Shown here one piece after another: positions 34,838-46,063 of a stretch of DNA of 64,000 bases. Made by a program: the position numbers and the translations under genes. The number at the start of each line of letters is the position of its first letter. Position 1 is the first letter of the stretch. The DNA is from Fistulifera solaris (taxonomy: Eukaryota), in contig AP026129.1 of assembly GCA_030295235.1 (NCBI GenBank), positions 868,001 to 932,000 of the forward strand. The letters are read 5' to 3'. The notes under the pieces were generated by a model. That model made no database searches, had not been told where the DNA came from, and saw nothing but the letters and a program-made list of their open reading frames with translations.

Positions 34838-36100
34838 CTAAATATCAGCTGTACTCATATTCGGAAAGTTATCCGATTCTATTTCTGAAAGAAATCCCCC
34901 GCTTGTTACTTGCGATGGTGCGAAATTGGCTTCACTGGATTGCTGATACAATGCTCTCCAGTCTCCGCCGTTATGCACACGATCTAGCTCTTCACTTAAA
35001 CACGATACCAGGGCATCGCGTTCTAATCTTGAGTTTGTCTGTAAATCCAAACTGCCCGATTGCGTCAGCAAACTAAAGCACAACGTGTCCGCTACGCCGG
35101 TTTGCTTTTGCAGCGCAGCCGTTCGTTTCCCAACATCCACATACACTATGTTGGGCAGCGGAATATTGTGCGGCGCTCCCCGCATCAAAACAATGCTGCT
35201 CATTCCCACCTGATTCGTAATCCGCTTCGGAAACTCCGTTCGCCACTCCAGTTGATCATCGTCTCCATTCAAACGAATCCAAACGCGTTTGGGCTCGCTG
35301 TGAACACCGTGGGCCACCAATCGGACGCCCCGATCCTTTAATCGGCGTCGCGTTTCGTCCATGATAGTCGAGTCCGGAACCTGCATGATGGATGGGTGAC
35401 TTGGAGATGAAATGGTGGAAAGAAACAAGGGCGCGGAGGCTCTGTCTTGTGGCGGCGGCTCCGGAATGTCTTTATATTGACTCGTACGGCTAGGACTTGC
35501 AGCATTCACCGCTTCCTGACGTGCTCGATGATACCCTTGCAGCATCTGCTGCTGTTTGCGTTCCTGATCGAATCGACGTTTTCCTTCTACCTCTTGCAAC
35601 ACGCTGTCAGCCACGCTTGATACGGATACCGAGTCCAAGTTTGCCGTCTGAGTAACACGCCTGAAACGCCTTCGCGAAGCACGACAGTAGGCTTTTCGAG
35701 CCCCTTTTGGAAGAAACAGATAAACAATCCAAGCTCCAAGCGTAAGGCTTAGTGTTGCAACGTAATGTGTAACAAACGAAACAGCCAAGGGACTAGGATG
35801 ATATACAGCTGCTTGAACGACTTGCTGTGATGGAGCTTGTGTCGCACTTGTGTAAGAAACACCATTATTTGTTACCCCATTCGATACCTGACCCGCCGGC
35901 ATTGCAGTCGGAGGCGGGGGTAACGGAGGATGATGTTCTGGTGGGAGATAATGCAAAGGGAGCAACTGAATAATAACAGGAGGTTGATCATTATTTTCAA
36001 CCGGAACAAAATTCCGTGAATTGTAATAACTCGCTCCTCGAATCGACATGGCCCCCGTCTGTTGTTCCCAAGTTGTGACAAATAACAGTTCGAATGACAC
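34838..36100 (-). CDS. Single-TM protein with C-terminal PH-like domain
   Basis: TM helix then PKRVWIRL..LEWR..VDVGKRTAAL..CFSLLTQSGSLDLQTNSRLERDAL (PLC-type PH pattern). The start may be the ATG near 36049. Confidence 0.7.
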   Translation of the reverse strand: MSFELLFVTTWEQQTGAMSIRGASYYNSRNFVPVENNDQPPVIIQLLPLHYLPPEHHPPLPPPPTAMPAGQVSNGVTNNGVSYTSATQAPSQQVVQAAVYHPSPLAVSFVTHYVATLSLTLGAWIVYLFLPKGARKAYCRASRRRFRRVTQTANLDSVSVSSVADSVLQEVEGKRRFDQERKQQQMLQGYHRARQEAVNAASPSRTSQYKDIPEPPPQDRASAPLFLSTISSPSHPSIMQVPDSTIMDETRRRLKDRGVRLVAHGVHSEPKRVWIRLNGDDDQLEWRTEFPKRITNQVGMSSIVLMRGAPHNIPLPNIVYVDVGKRTAALQKQTGVADTLCFSLLTQSGSLDLQTNSRLERDALVSCLSEELDRVHNGGDWRALYQQSSEANFAPSQVTSGGFLSEIESDNFPNMSTADI

Positions 36101-36832
36101 AATTGCTGTGAATGGAGGGAGAATATATCAAACAGCGCGCGTCGTCGTCGCCATGGGAGGCCTCTCGAGCATGCTGGCGGCTGCTTTGTCGAGCCCGTGT
36201 TTGGTCGGCGAGGGAAGGTCAAATTTTTCAACGCACGCTGGCATCGTCTACTTTTTGATATCGCGAGGAAGTGCTCCGCAGGCGCGGAAAATTTCTTTCA
36301 GACTGTTATAAATCCCGAGAACAAGGAAGTCAGTGCCTCCATAGTACACGGTACCGTACCTGGTAGGGGATTCTAAATTGGGTGAATGCGTGTGTGCACG
36401 AAAACTTTATTCAAATCTTTGAAAATCGTTACTATTACTTTAAAGTAGAGACAACAGAACGGAAGTGCCAGCTACTTAGGCGCCAACGTTCCGCAGACGG
36501 GTTCTTCATTTCTTTCCTGCTTCACACAGGTTTAGAGAGTGTTCTGAGAAGAACACGGTCCGTCCATTCTACGGTATAAGGAGCGGACAGCTGACAGAAA
36601 CGTAAGCCATTTGAGAGTAACTTAATTTTGTACACGTTTTTGTCGCAACGGAGATCCGTTCGAAAAAGTGAAAATTGAATTCGGATTCGGATGCAAGAGG
36701 AGCAAAATCTCCCTCCCGTTCAACGCACACCGTATCGCTAAAGATTTGAGAGTCCGACGCACGCGAATGATTTAATCTATAATTTGACTCAATATTATCG
36801 TATATTTAGCCGATAGGTTCTTTATCCGTTGC

Positions 36833-39783
36833 ATGGTATCGAAACAAGGCATCTTTGTGTGGCTTGGGTGCTCGGCACCGGCCTGGGGATGGCCGCAAAA
36901 TCGATTTGTTCGACCGGGAGCGTCCTTCATCGACTCGTCAGCATCACTGCAAGCATTACAATATCGTCAAGGCTCGGTCAGCGAGGATGATTACTCGACC
37001 CCGCAAATCTTATCCCAAACGATCTTGTCCCGAGTGGTTGACACGGCGAATGGAACGGTCGAACACACGGAAATCGTCGCAAACCCGGAAAGTTTGCAGG
37101 TTCATCAGGATCGATCACTGGAAGATTCGATCAAATTAGATGTTTCAATCAAAACGACAAATAATCTACTAGATGAAGAAAGCACAAAAAGCCAGGCGGA
37201 AAAATCTCAATTTGCTTGGGATATCGAGAACAAACTGAAACCAAAGGAAGAACAAGTTGACTCTCAAATGAGTATTAGTGCTCAAAATTTTGCGACGGAA
37301 ATCAAAGGCCACTTTCAACGTGTTGATTGGAAGAAGGAGACCACACAAAGGATTGGTAGTGATGGAGATCTATCCCAGACGGACACTGTACTGGAGTTGG
37401 AGGGGGATGACGAGGCGACTTCATCGACCGACGAAAAAGCTTCACTAGACATACCGCCGTCTTTGCGTGCTAAATTTTTTACTCGTGATATCATGACACG
37501 ATGGTCTGCGGTTAAGTTCGACGATCGTGTCAAGTCAAAGGACAATGTGGTGACAAAGGAAGGCGAGAAGGAGGCGCTGGTCGTCGAACTTTCGAACGAT
37601 AATTTTGTGAAAGACGTTTTGAAACATAAAATGTCTTTGCAAGATGCTTCAAGTGCATCAGAATCCACATCTTTCGATTCTATCAGTGATACAATTTCAG
37701 TCGACTGTATCGAGCGACCGGGAATCCGCCTCGATAACGGAGTGCCGTTTTTCGTCGAAACGAGAGATGAATCCGTCTTCGAGCCGAACGAGCCCGAGGC
37801 GTCAGTGGGAGCAAACAGGTTGGAGATACAGCCTCGTGCTATGGACCAGGAAAGTGGAAGTACTATTTTCGACTGGTCCATTCCGTCAACAACATTTTTG
37901 AGAACTTAAAAGATCAAAGGCAGTTCGAGCTGGTCGGCAACGTCAACAAGGATGCGATTAAAGGAGCAGCGGTGATGGGACTAATGCTTTCTACGGTAGC
38001 ATCAGGTGGTTTGAATTTGATGGTGGGCGGAGCCGCTGCTGCGCTAACGAGCGCCTTGGCACTCACCAAAGGTGTACCTGGTGAGATTGTAAGAGTGACA
38101 GCTGACTCCTTATGGGACGTTGCTGTTTCTACCATGGAAGCCGCAAAAACCCGTCAATCGTCAAGGTTACGGCGTACATCTCACATCGAACAAGATGAAA
38201 GTGCAGGCAAAACTGAATCAGTAACGAAGCAACAGCGATCGCTTGTAAAGCGCAGTGGAACCTCAATCAATTTCAGCAATGAAGAGCCATTCCGAAGAAA
38301 ACTCATGGCTTATAGATTTATGCTGGAGGCAAAGGAAAGACAGAGAGCTATTGCAGCATCTGAAAGAGAAAGGCTTGTGCCCTTCTTTCTAGGCGACGGT
38401 TATTTCGAAGATGTTCCAGGCATCCCATCTCTCAGCTCGGCCTCGCCTTTGTTGGTACCGGTCTCACAAACTAGCTCATCGGGGTCGAAGTCGTTGGACG
38501 AGCGAGTAATGCCGCAAAGAACCATCAACATTCAAGTGGCACTCGAACGTTTAAAAAAACGATTGTCGCTTCAGCGTAAAGCTTTCTCACTCGAAGTGGA
38601 ACTAGACGTCGATGACGACACCATTAAAGGCGCAGCAATATCAGGTCTGATATTGGCGACAATCGGAAGTGGGGGTTTGAATCTGCCGGTAAGTGCGGCT
38701 GTTGCTGTAGCCACGAGCTGCATGGCGATGACAAAAGGAGCGGCTGGTGAGGTGTCAAGAGCAATTGGTGATTACGCATGGGAAGTTGTGCTGTCCGCAA
38801 AGGAAGTGTTGACACCAGAGAGACAACAGATTCTGAGAAAGGATTTCGCAGAAGGTTGGTTACAGTTCGGGTTGACTTTGATGGAAGGCACCGTCTCAGT
38901 GGCTAACACCACTAAAGAGGCTCTTAGTGAGCACGAGAAAAGAATTGCGAAAATTGAATACGAGAGAAGAATGGCGATGCAGAAATTGCGGCGATCAAAG
39001 AGGGAAGAAGTGTTTCACCGAAACATGTTAAAGATGAGATTGTCCTTAGAAAAGGCTGAACGATTACGTGCGGAAGAGACACGGCTTTACGTTGAAGCCA
39101 TTCAACGGATACTGCGAGACCGAAATCAAGTATTGGCTCAAAGACAACTAATGTGTTACAGGTTCGCCTTAGAGGGTGCAGAGCGTGCCAGACGTGCGGA
39201 AGATTCGAGAAAGGCATTACTTTTAGCTGAGCAAATTGAGCGCGAGAATATAAAGATAAACGTGAGGAGAGAGCTAATGGCATACAGACTTAAGCTCGAG
39301 GAGGAACAACGGAAGTCTTTGCAGATGGTAGAAAAAGTAGAGCGAGAACGCATAAGGACACAGTCACGCCAGGCAATAATGTCCCGCAGATTCAAACACG
39401 AATGCGAGCAACGAGAAAAGCGATTCAAAGATATCGCACAGGCCCAGCGCTTGGCAGAAAAAGTTGAACGGGAGAAGAAAATTTTAAAGTCCCGACAAAT
39501 AATGATGTCTTACAGATTTTCCCTCGAAGATAGTCAACGCGCCAAGTCAGGGAAAGAATTACCAATGTCGGAAAATTTGGTTGAAGATGCAGAGCGAGAG
39601 CTAATATGGTGTAGTAATGTATACTATTTGATTCCTGGAAGCTTGCAGAACGTAGGCATCAGCCAGGGATGTGGCTTGATGAGAAAATATCCTGAGTCTG
39701 CATTTGCTGGTCGTTCTTTTGCGCATCGACTGGGATCAGGTCCTCAATATCAGCCATCAGTAAAACCCTTTTTTAAAAGTTAG
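36833..39783 (+). CDS. Large presequence-bearing protein with two Gly/Ala hydrophobic hairpins and helical RxxxMxYRxxLE repeats
   Basis: Two track ORFs join by an indel near 37898. Internal repeats are visible in the translation. Confidence 0.7.
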
Positions 39784-39896
39784 GACAGTTCTGCGTTGCA
39801 CATTTTCCGTCGGTGGATACTATTCACAATCTGCTTTTTTAAAATGAGACGAACGAGCTGCATCTGTATAATTCAAGACATAACTGTATGCCTGGT

Positions 39897-40765
39897 TCAT
39901 TCAGCTTTCTTTCGCACACGAAGTATTTCTCGTATATTCCCCGCCCCGGTATCGAACGATTGTACTACTTCGACCAGGAGTTTATACTTCTCACTCCAAG
40001 CCAGGAAAGCATCTGTTCCACCACCCACTCCAAAGTAAAATCGCTTTGTCGCCACCAATGCGCTCCCCGTATCGCTCAAGTGTCGACTCAGCAACAGCGC
40101 CGTCTCTTCGGCTGCCTGTTCAGAATACAAGGTCTCAGACGCCAAAACAAGATCGACCTGGCTAGGTAGTTGAAGGCTCAACCAATCACCATGACCAAAT
40201 TGAACATGATTGAGAACTGCGCTCACTATAGTGGCTGGATCGTTGGGTTGCTCCATAATACTAGCCGCGTTGAGAATCGAGTTGGGTATGGTTGCTTGCT
40301 GTATAACAAAATCATTGAAATCCGTCAAATACAAATGAAACGGCTCTTGCTTTTGTTGCAACGCCACACGCAATAGATAGCAAGCCGGTAAAGCATGTCC
40401 ACAACCAATTTCGAGCACGGAGGAGTACTTGGGCTGTTCTTTGGCCAAAAGTGCAGCAAATCCATGCTGCATTCCCATACTTTCATTCCCCCTTCGTAGA
40501 CGTTGGGCAACAAGTCTGTCGTTTCCCACACGAGGTTCGTGGATGATAACGTGTTTGCTTTGGTGTCAATGCAGCGCAATGGAAGACTTTGTTGGGGAAG
40601 CTCAAGTTCCACGTACACCATGGCTTGCTGGACGCGGTCCTTCAACACTTGCTCAAGGTCGGTGACCCATTGATGAGGCGGACCGACTTGACGTTGAGAA
40701 GGAGTCGTCAATGTCGTGTTTTTCTTTTCCTGTGGGGCGAAAAAGTCAAACGAAAATGAACTCAT
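39897..40765 (-). CDS. Seven-beta-strand protein methyltransferase, METTL18/Hpm1-like
   Basis: TDLLPNVYEGGMKVWECSMDL, VLEIGCGHALP, LASETLYS, ATKRFYFGVGGG. Indel near 40447. Confidence 0.85.
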
Positions 40766-41332
40766 CGTCTTTCTTTTCCATCATAAGAAGCAACTATTGA
40801 GTGGAAACTGTTATTCTAGTAAAGATGAGGATCTGTCTTTGAATCTATTTTTATCGACCTCACATAAATGGCATCATAAGACTCAAGTCAACACTTTACG
40901 CTATAGTAACCTTCGATGCTATGATTTATATTTTGCCGTAGTACATCTAGCAACGAAGGATTCAATACTAAGCTTTGTCGCTCTTCGAATTATGCATTCT
41001 GTTAACACCATCGCCAAATTGGGTACCTATTTAGAAAGTGCAAGTTCAGGGCGTGGTTTAAGAACTCGTTGAATGAGGGTGGGGAAGAAAAGAAAAGACA
41101 TCCAGTATAATATCAGACGGTCGATCGTGCGCGTCGTAGGTCAATCCATTGATTTGCGTCACAATTGAGACGAAAGATATGAAACCATCCAACGGCGCGA
41201 TGAAACTGTTACTCCGTAACTACAAAGTGACTTCGGATTAAAAGCTTTTCTTACTACTGTGGTTCATTAACTACGGAGTATTCTCTTTGCAAATTTTCTG
41301 CGCAATCATGAAAGGTATGCAAGGAACAAAAC

Positions 41333-42415
41333 CTAAGCCTGAGCAATTTCCGACTTGCTGCCAGCATTGTGGACAAAGCGGAAGTTGCAATCGTGGACGT
41401 TGGCAAAGTTGGCCGATCCGCTGTTTTTCAACTTCTGGCAGAGAGACTTCTCAAAAGCACCATGCATGAACGCCAACTTCTCCTCCGAGACGCCTGCCGC
41501 GAGCGCATCATCATCGTTGGGGCAGAGACGGCAATCGGGCTGTGTAATGGGAGTGACACGAGCGACCAACAATTTGGCTTCACTAACGGCCATGACATCG
41601 TCATCGTTGGGGCACAAACGGCAATCAGGCTGCGCCAAATGGTTCGGCATGTCAATGTCCGCAACGCTGTGGAAGTTTCCGAGTCCGTATCCGACCGATG
41701 CAAAAGCCTCGTTGTACGCCAAGACAACACTCTGATCGACCAACTCCATGTCGCTCTCGGAAAGATTGTGAAGAGTTCCACGGAAGACAACTTGCGCCTC
41801 GGTGCTCTTTTTCAACTTGCCCTGGATCGGCAAACTGACATGGGGCTGACCGGGCATATCCAAGAACGAGAAAGAGCAAGCATGCGCATGCGCAAAGTTG
41901 GCAGAACCCGACTGGCGCAAGAGAGCACAGAACTCGTCTTCGAAGCTGCCATGAAAGGCCTGGAGCTTTTGGGTGCTCTTGAACGCGGCAACGATATCAT
42001 CATCGTTGGGGCACAAGCGGCAGTCCGGCTGCATCCATCCGACCTGAACGTAACCGAGGATCATCTGTCCGTTGGTTTCCTTGAGAGCCATCGTATCGTC
42101 ATCGTTGGGGCAGAGACGGCAGTCTGGTTGATTCAAGCCAACAAAATCGGGCACTGCAGCAGCAGACTCGGCTTTGAAGGTATCCATGGTATATCCGGCC
42201 GCGTCGTAGACTTTGTTGTAGGCGGTCTTGATTGCCTTGCCGATGAGGATCATGTCATCGGACGTGGCTTCGTGCTTCATACCGTGAACCACCACACGGA
42301 CATCGGCACTGTCGGACTTCTTGACACCGAAGAGCTGGTTGGCAGCAGCACGGAGGTTGAAATCAATGGCGCTGCCGAAGAGGAAAGAGGTCAATGCGAG
42401 GGAACTGAACTTCAT
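41333..42415 (-). CDS. Secreted two-domain protein carrying four identical QPDCRLCPNDDD peptides (candidate peptide precursor)
   Basis: Signal peptide MKFSSLALTSFLFGSA. Tandem duplication of a domain of about 150 aa, each copy holding two peptides. Intronless and intact. Confidence 0.85.
   Translation of the reverse strand: MKFSSLALTSFLFGSAIDFNLRAAANQLFGVKKSDSADVRVVVHGMKHEATSDDMILIGKAIKTAYNKVYDAAGYTMDTFKAESAAAVPDFVGLNQPDCRLCPNDDDTMALKETNGQMILGYVQVGWMQPDCRLCPNDDDIVAAFKSTQKLQAFHGSFEDEFCALLRQSGSANFAHAHACSFSFLDMPGQPHVSLPIQGKLKKSTEAQVVFRGTLHNLSESDMELVDQSVVLAYNEAFASVGYGLGNFHSVADIDMPNHLAQPDCRLCPNDDDVMAVSEAKLLVARVTPITQPDCRLCPNDDDALAAGVSEEKLAFMHGAFEKSLCQKLKNSGSANFANVHDCNFRFVHNAGSKSEIAQA
41507..42130 (-). 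repeat. Four dispersed 36-bp repeats encoding QPDCRLCPNDDD
   Basis: Copies at 42095-42130, 41996-42031, 41597-41632 and 41507-41542. All differences between copies are synonymous. Confidence 0.95.
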
Positions 42416-43163
42416 TTTGGGATGAGATTTGGAAAAACTGATGCTGATTTTTTTGGAAGCAAATGCGAATTGTGAGCTCAATTTGACGAGAATCAAATGA
42501 CTTTACGGATGCGCCGATGCCAATTTCGAGTATCTCGGTTCACACATAAAAAGATCCCGTATGATTTGAGTGTAAAAGCTGTACGATCTTTTTGACATTA
42601 GAAAAAAAGTGAGGAAATTTGAATAAACGAATACTAATGAATCAAATTCATTGGACAAAAAGTTGTGAACCTTACGACGTGCTCTAACGTCATCCTCGAT
42701 AACGACCACGGAGTTGACGTTGAACTTGGATTGATGGTCATGTTTACGTAGTAGTTTATTGTTTCGCTTTTATTTGTTCTTCTTTTGTGCATTTAGCTTG
42801 TCCCGAATCAATCATCGAATTTGATTGAACAAAATTTTCGAAAGGCAGAAAGGAATTTATGAATATCGACTAAGGATAGCATTAAGCTTGATAAATGGTA
42901 TTGTGACGCCAAGAGTAGGCCGTAGGCTACCTTTCGACGACTGGAATGACATTAAGCCCCGCTTGGTTTGCTTGATGTTGCCCCGGACTATTATTTTTTT
43001 TTTCGCCGCGACGATGATGCGATGCGGGCATGACAATAATCGTTAACATTCATTTGGCCTTTATTCTATTATTCGAATTCGACCCACGAATGCTCTAATT
43101 ACGAGCGTTTACATAGTCTTACGTCTACCTTACAAAGTAATTGAAGTAACAATCGACGAAAAC

Positions 43164-45252
43164 ATGCTGATACCGCCTCCGACGACAGCCCCCGCGACAC
43201 CATCACGGGTGGCTCGAACTCTCTATCGACATTTACTCAAATGGTGCCGAGCCACCGATCCCGCCCTTCCATTGACACAGTGGCTACCGCCCATTTATTT
43301 ACGAGCACCGGAAGAAGTTGAACCGTATCATCTCGAAATGTTAGCGACAACCGACAACAGCAACGACGCCGCCGTACAATTGGCTCGACAAACACTACCG
43401 CACGCGCAATTTCACAAACATCATTTGGTCGTTCCGATTATGCATTCGGGTGACTTGCGGAATTTCTTTCGCGCTCTCTTTCGCATCAATGCTTATTTAC
43501 CCGTCGAAGGATCGTATCAGAAGAAACGGATCGACAATGCCTTTCAAGCACTGAAATCACTCAATCAATTAACGTCCGAGACGATCGCTCCTTTCGCACA
43601 ACAACGCCGGATCGATCGTACCGGAGTGCAATTTTCGGTCGGACAAGTAGTACGGCATCGCGAAAAGAGATGGCGGGGCGTTGTTGTGGGATGGGAGAAA
43701 GCGAATAGTGCCCCTCTTTCGTCCTTGACGACCAAGCAATACTCGTCCGAGTCGACCGTCACGTATCATGTATTAGTCGATGCCGGAGATGCCCACCAAA
43801 TGAATAGAACCACGAAAGGTATTACCGTTGCATTTCAGCATGAAATAGAACGAGAAACGAATCTCATGTTACAACGGATTCGACACGAAATGGTGGATGA
43901 CATGTTTGATGGATTTGATCAAGGCGCTTTTGTTCCACCTCCCCTTCTGGCGTATACGTATCCGAACGATGAGATTCCTCATCGTCGCTCACATAGTTTG
44001 CCCCGAGATATCGAAGATTTGGCCAAGCAAATGGTGCAGAGCGTCCAAGATTTTGCGAACGAGTTGGAACGAATCATAGAGCAACAGGCTGGCGGTCCTT
44101 TGGATGGCTTGCATTTGACGGCACTGGCCGCCGGCCACGTGGCTCCGACCAAAAATCGAATTGTCGTTTGTGCAACAAGTGATTCAAGAGTCGGTTCATC
44201 CCATTACCATGGTGGCATTGCATGTACGTGATTTGATTGCCTTTGTCGATCAATTGCAAGATGCCTTTACCCATCGGCTACGCCAACATCCGCCGATTCA
44301 TTTCCGTGTGGGCGACGTCATTCGACACAAGGTCTTTGGGTACCGTGGAGTAGTAACGGGGTGGGACGATCGTCCCGTGGTGGATGTTTCGCGGTGGGAT
44401 GGCATTCAAGCGCTGATACAACAAGGGAAAGATCCCAACGAAATGCCATTTTATCATGTGGTGCGGCATACTGAACACCATGAACGCGGTCTGGACACAC
44501 CGGGAGCGGCGATGCGGTATGTTTGTCAAGAAAATTTAGAAGTTTGTTACGAAGTTGCCGATTTGGATGTGGATTTTGAAGATCCGGCGTGGAAGCGAGA
44601 AGGAGACGAGTTTATCCCCCCACCATTGCTGCAATTCAAATACGGACAAGAAACCGATCCTTCGATTGAACGGTGTTTGACGCAAATGATGCAGTTAATC
44701 AATGAATGGCAAAGCGATGCCGTCCGGAACACAGTATCACCCGATTCGGTTGCAAAGAATTTATCGGTTTCGAATTTCATGACATGCTTAAAGTACTGTT
44801 CAAAGTTATCGGATGCCAGCACTCTTCAAGAGGCTATCCGCGAAATCCGACAAGCGAATCCAAACATTGATTTGCGATGGAAACTGGCGGCCGCCTTGGA
44901 TCAAACACTTTCGGGAAAGACAGAGAAGGCTCTTGAATTATTCAAAGCATTAGTGAAAGAGGATCCCCTGTACGTAGAAGCGTGGAACAAACGTGCGACC
45001 TGCGAATTCATGTTAGGAATGTACGACGAAGCCGCTTTATCTTCCCATAAAGTACTCGAACTGGAACCGAAGCATCTACCAGCTTTGAATGGACTTGGTC
45101 TGATACACTTTCAGCGTACGCGATTTGACATGGCTGCTGAATGCTTTTCGCAAAGCATCCAACTCGATCCTTGGTCACCAGTGGCTCCAAAACTATCGAG
45201 ATGCCTTGATATACTGAATAAGGTCCAGCATCACGATGTTCTAGATAGCTGA
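43164..45252 (+). CDS. Protein with two YccV/HspQ-like (hemimethylated DNA-binding) domains and C-terminal TPRs
   Basis: FSVGQVVRHREKRWRGVVVGWE, FRVGDVIRHKVFGYRGVVTGWD..PFYHV..RYVCQENL, and TPR text EAWNKRAT..ALNGLGLIHF. Indel near 44155. Confidence 0.85.
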
Positions 45253-46063
45253 AAGCGTTTGCCACTGCAGTCGCTAGACGCGATGTAGCTCGAATCGAAG
45301 AATGACGTAAGCTGTGTCGTGGATCGTGACTGCAAAATCCAATCGTGAATCCGTAGAATTAACGACGACCGCTCTTGAGGCTACAGGGAGCACAAAGACG
45401 TCAACAATTCGGGACATTCTTCGACGAATAATGATGAAGTGATGAATTTTCAAATGTAAAGAAGCGCTTAAAATCTCTTTCGTGTAGAAACAGTGCTCAT
45501 TGCTTGCTTCAAGAACGACAGCACAAAAGCCGATGACACGGAAGTCGCCAGCATGTTTCGTGACTAAAGACTAAGACTCAGTCGTGGCAAAGTTGAGCCT
45601 ACTTTTGGAACCATAGTGTAGAGAGGATTGTATTATTATTATGCGCAAAATCGCACACACGCAACAAACCAAGTCGAGACGATAAGATTTCTTACTTGTC
45701 ACCTCAAGACTGATCTCATACCTCATTTCGTGCATTACAGACACTGTTAGAATAACTATGAAACGCCAGCAAATCCTGGCAAGGCCTTGGTCTTGGTCGG
45801 GTGCAAGGAAATTTACTGAATATCCGGGTACCCACACTGGCGATAAATTTCCCTACGAGAGCTACCTGAAGGCTACGTATAGGTGAGCAACCCGGTCCGC
45901 CACATGGAAAACGGAAATGGCTGAAAAAGAGAAAACAAGATTGACGCAACATTATATTGTTGACTCCTCTTGCGTCGGGGAGATGATGTGGATGCGGAAG
46001 CGAGTCTTCCATCCACTACGAACTCATTTGTTGACTCACATTTCCCGTCCAGTAGCCACCAGC

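Noticed and set aside
41507..42130. 36-bp repeats resembling a CRISPR array
   Set aside because: Spacing is irregular (periods 99, 399 and 90 bp), variation is synonymous, the repeats lie in a coding frame, and there are no cas genes in this eukaryotic context.
41369..42475. 368-aa antisense ORF covering the peptide-repeat gene
   Set aside because: It is in codon register with the sense gene and stays open only because that gene avoids TTA/CTA/TCA codons. It has no protein-like features. At most it hints at strong codon bias in the sense gene.
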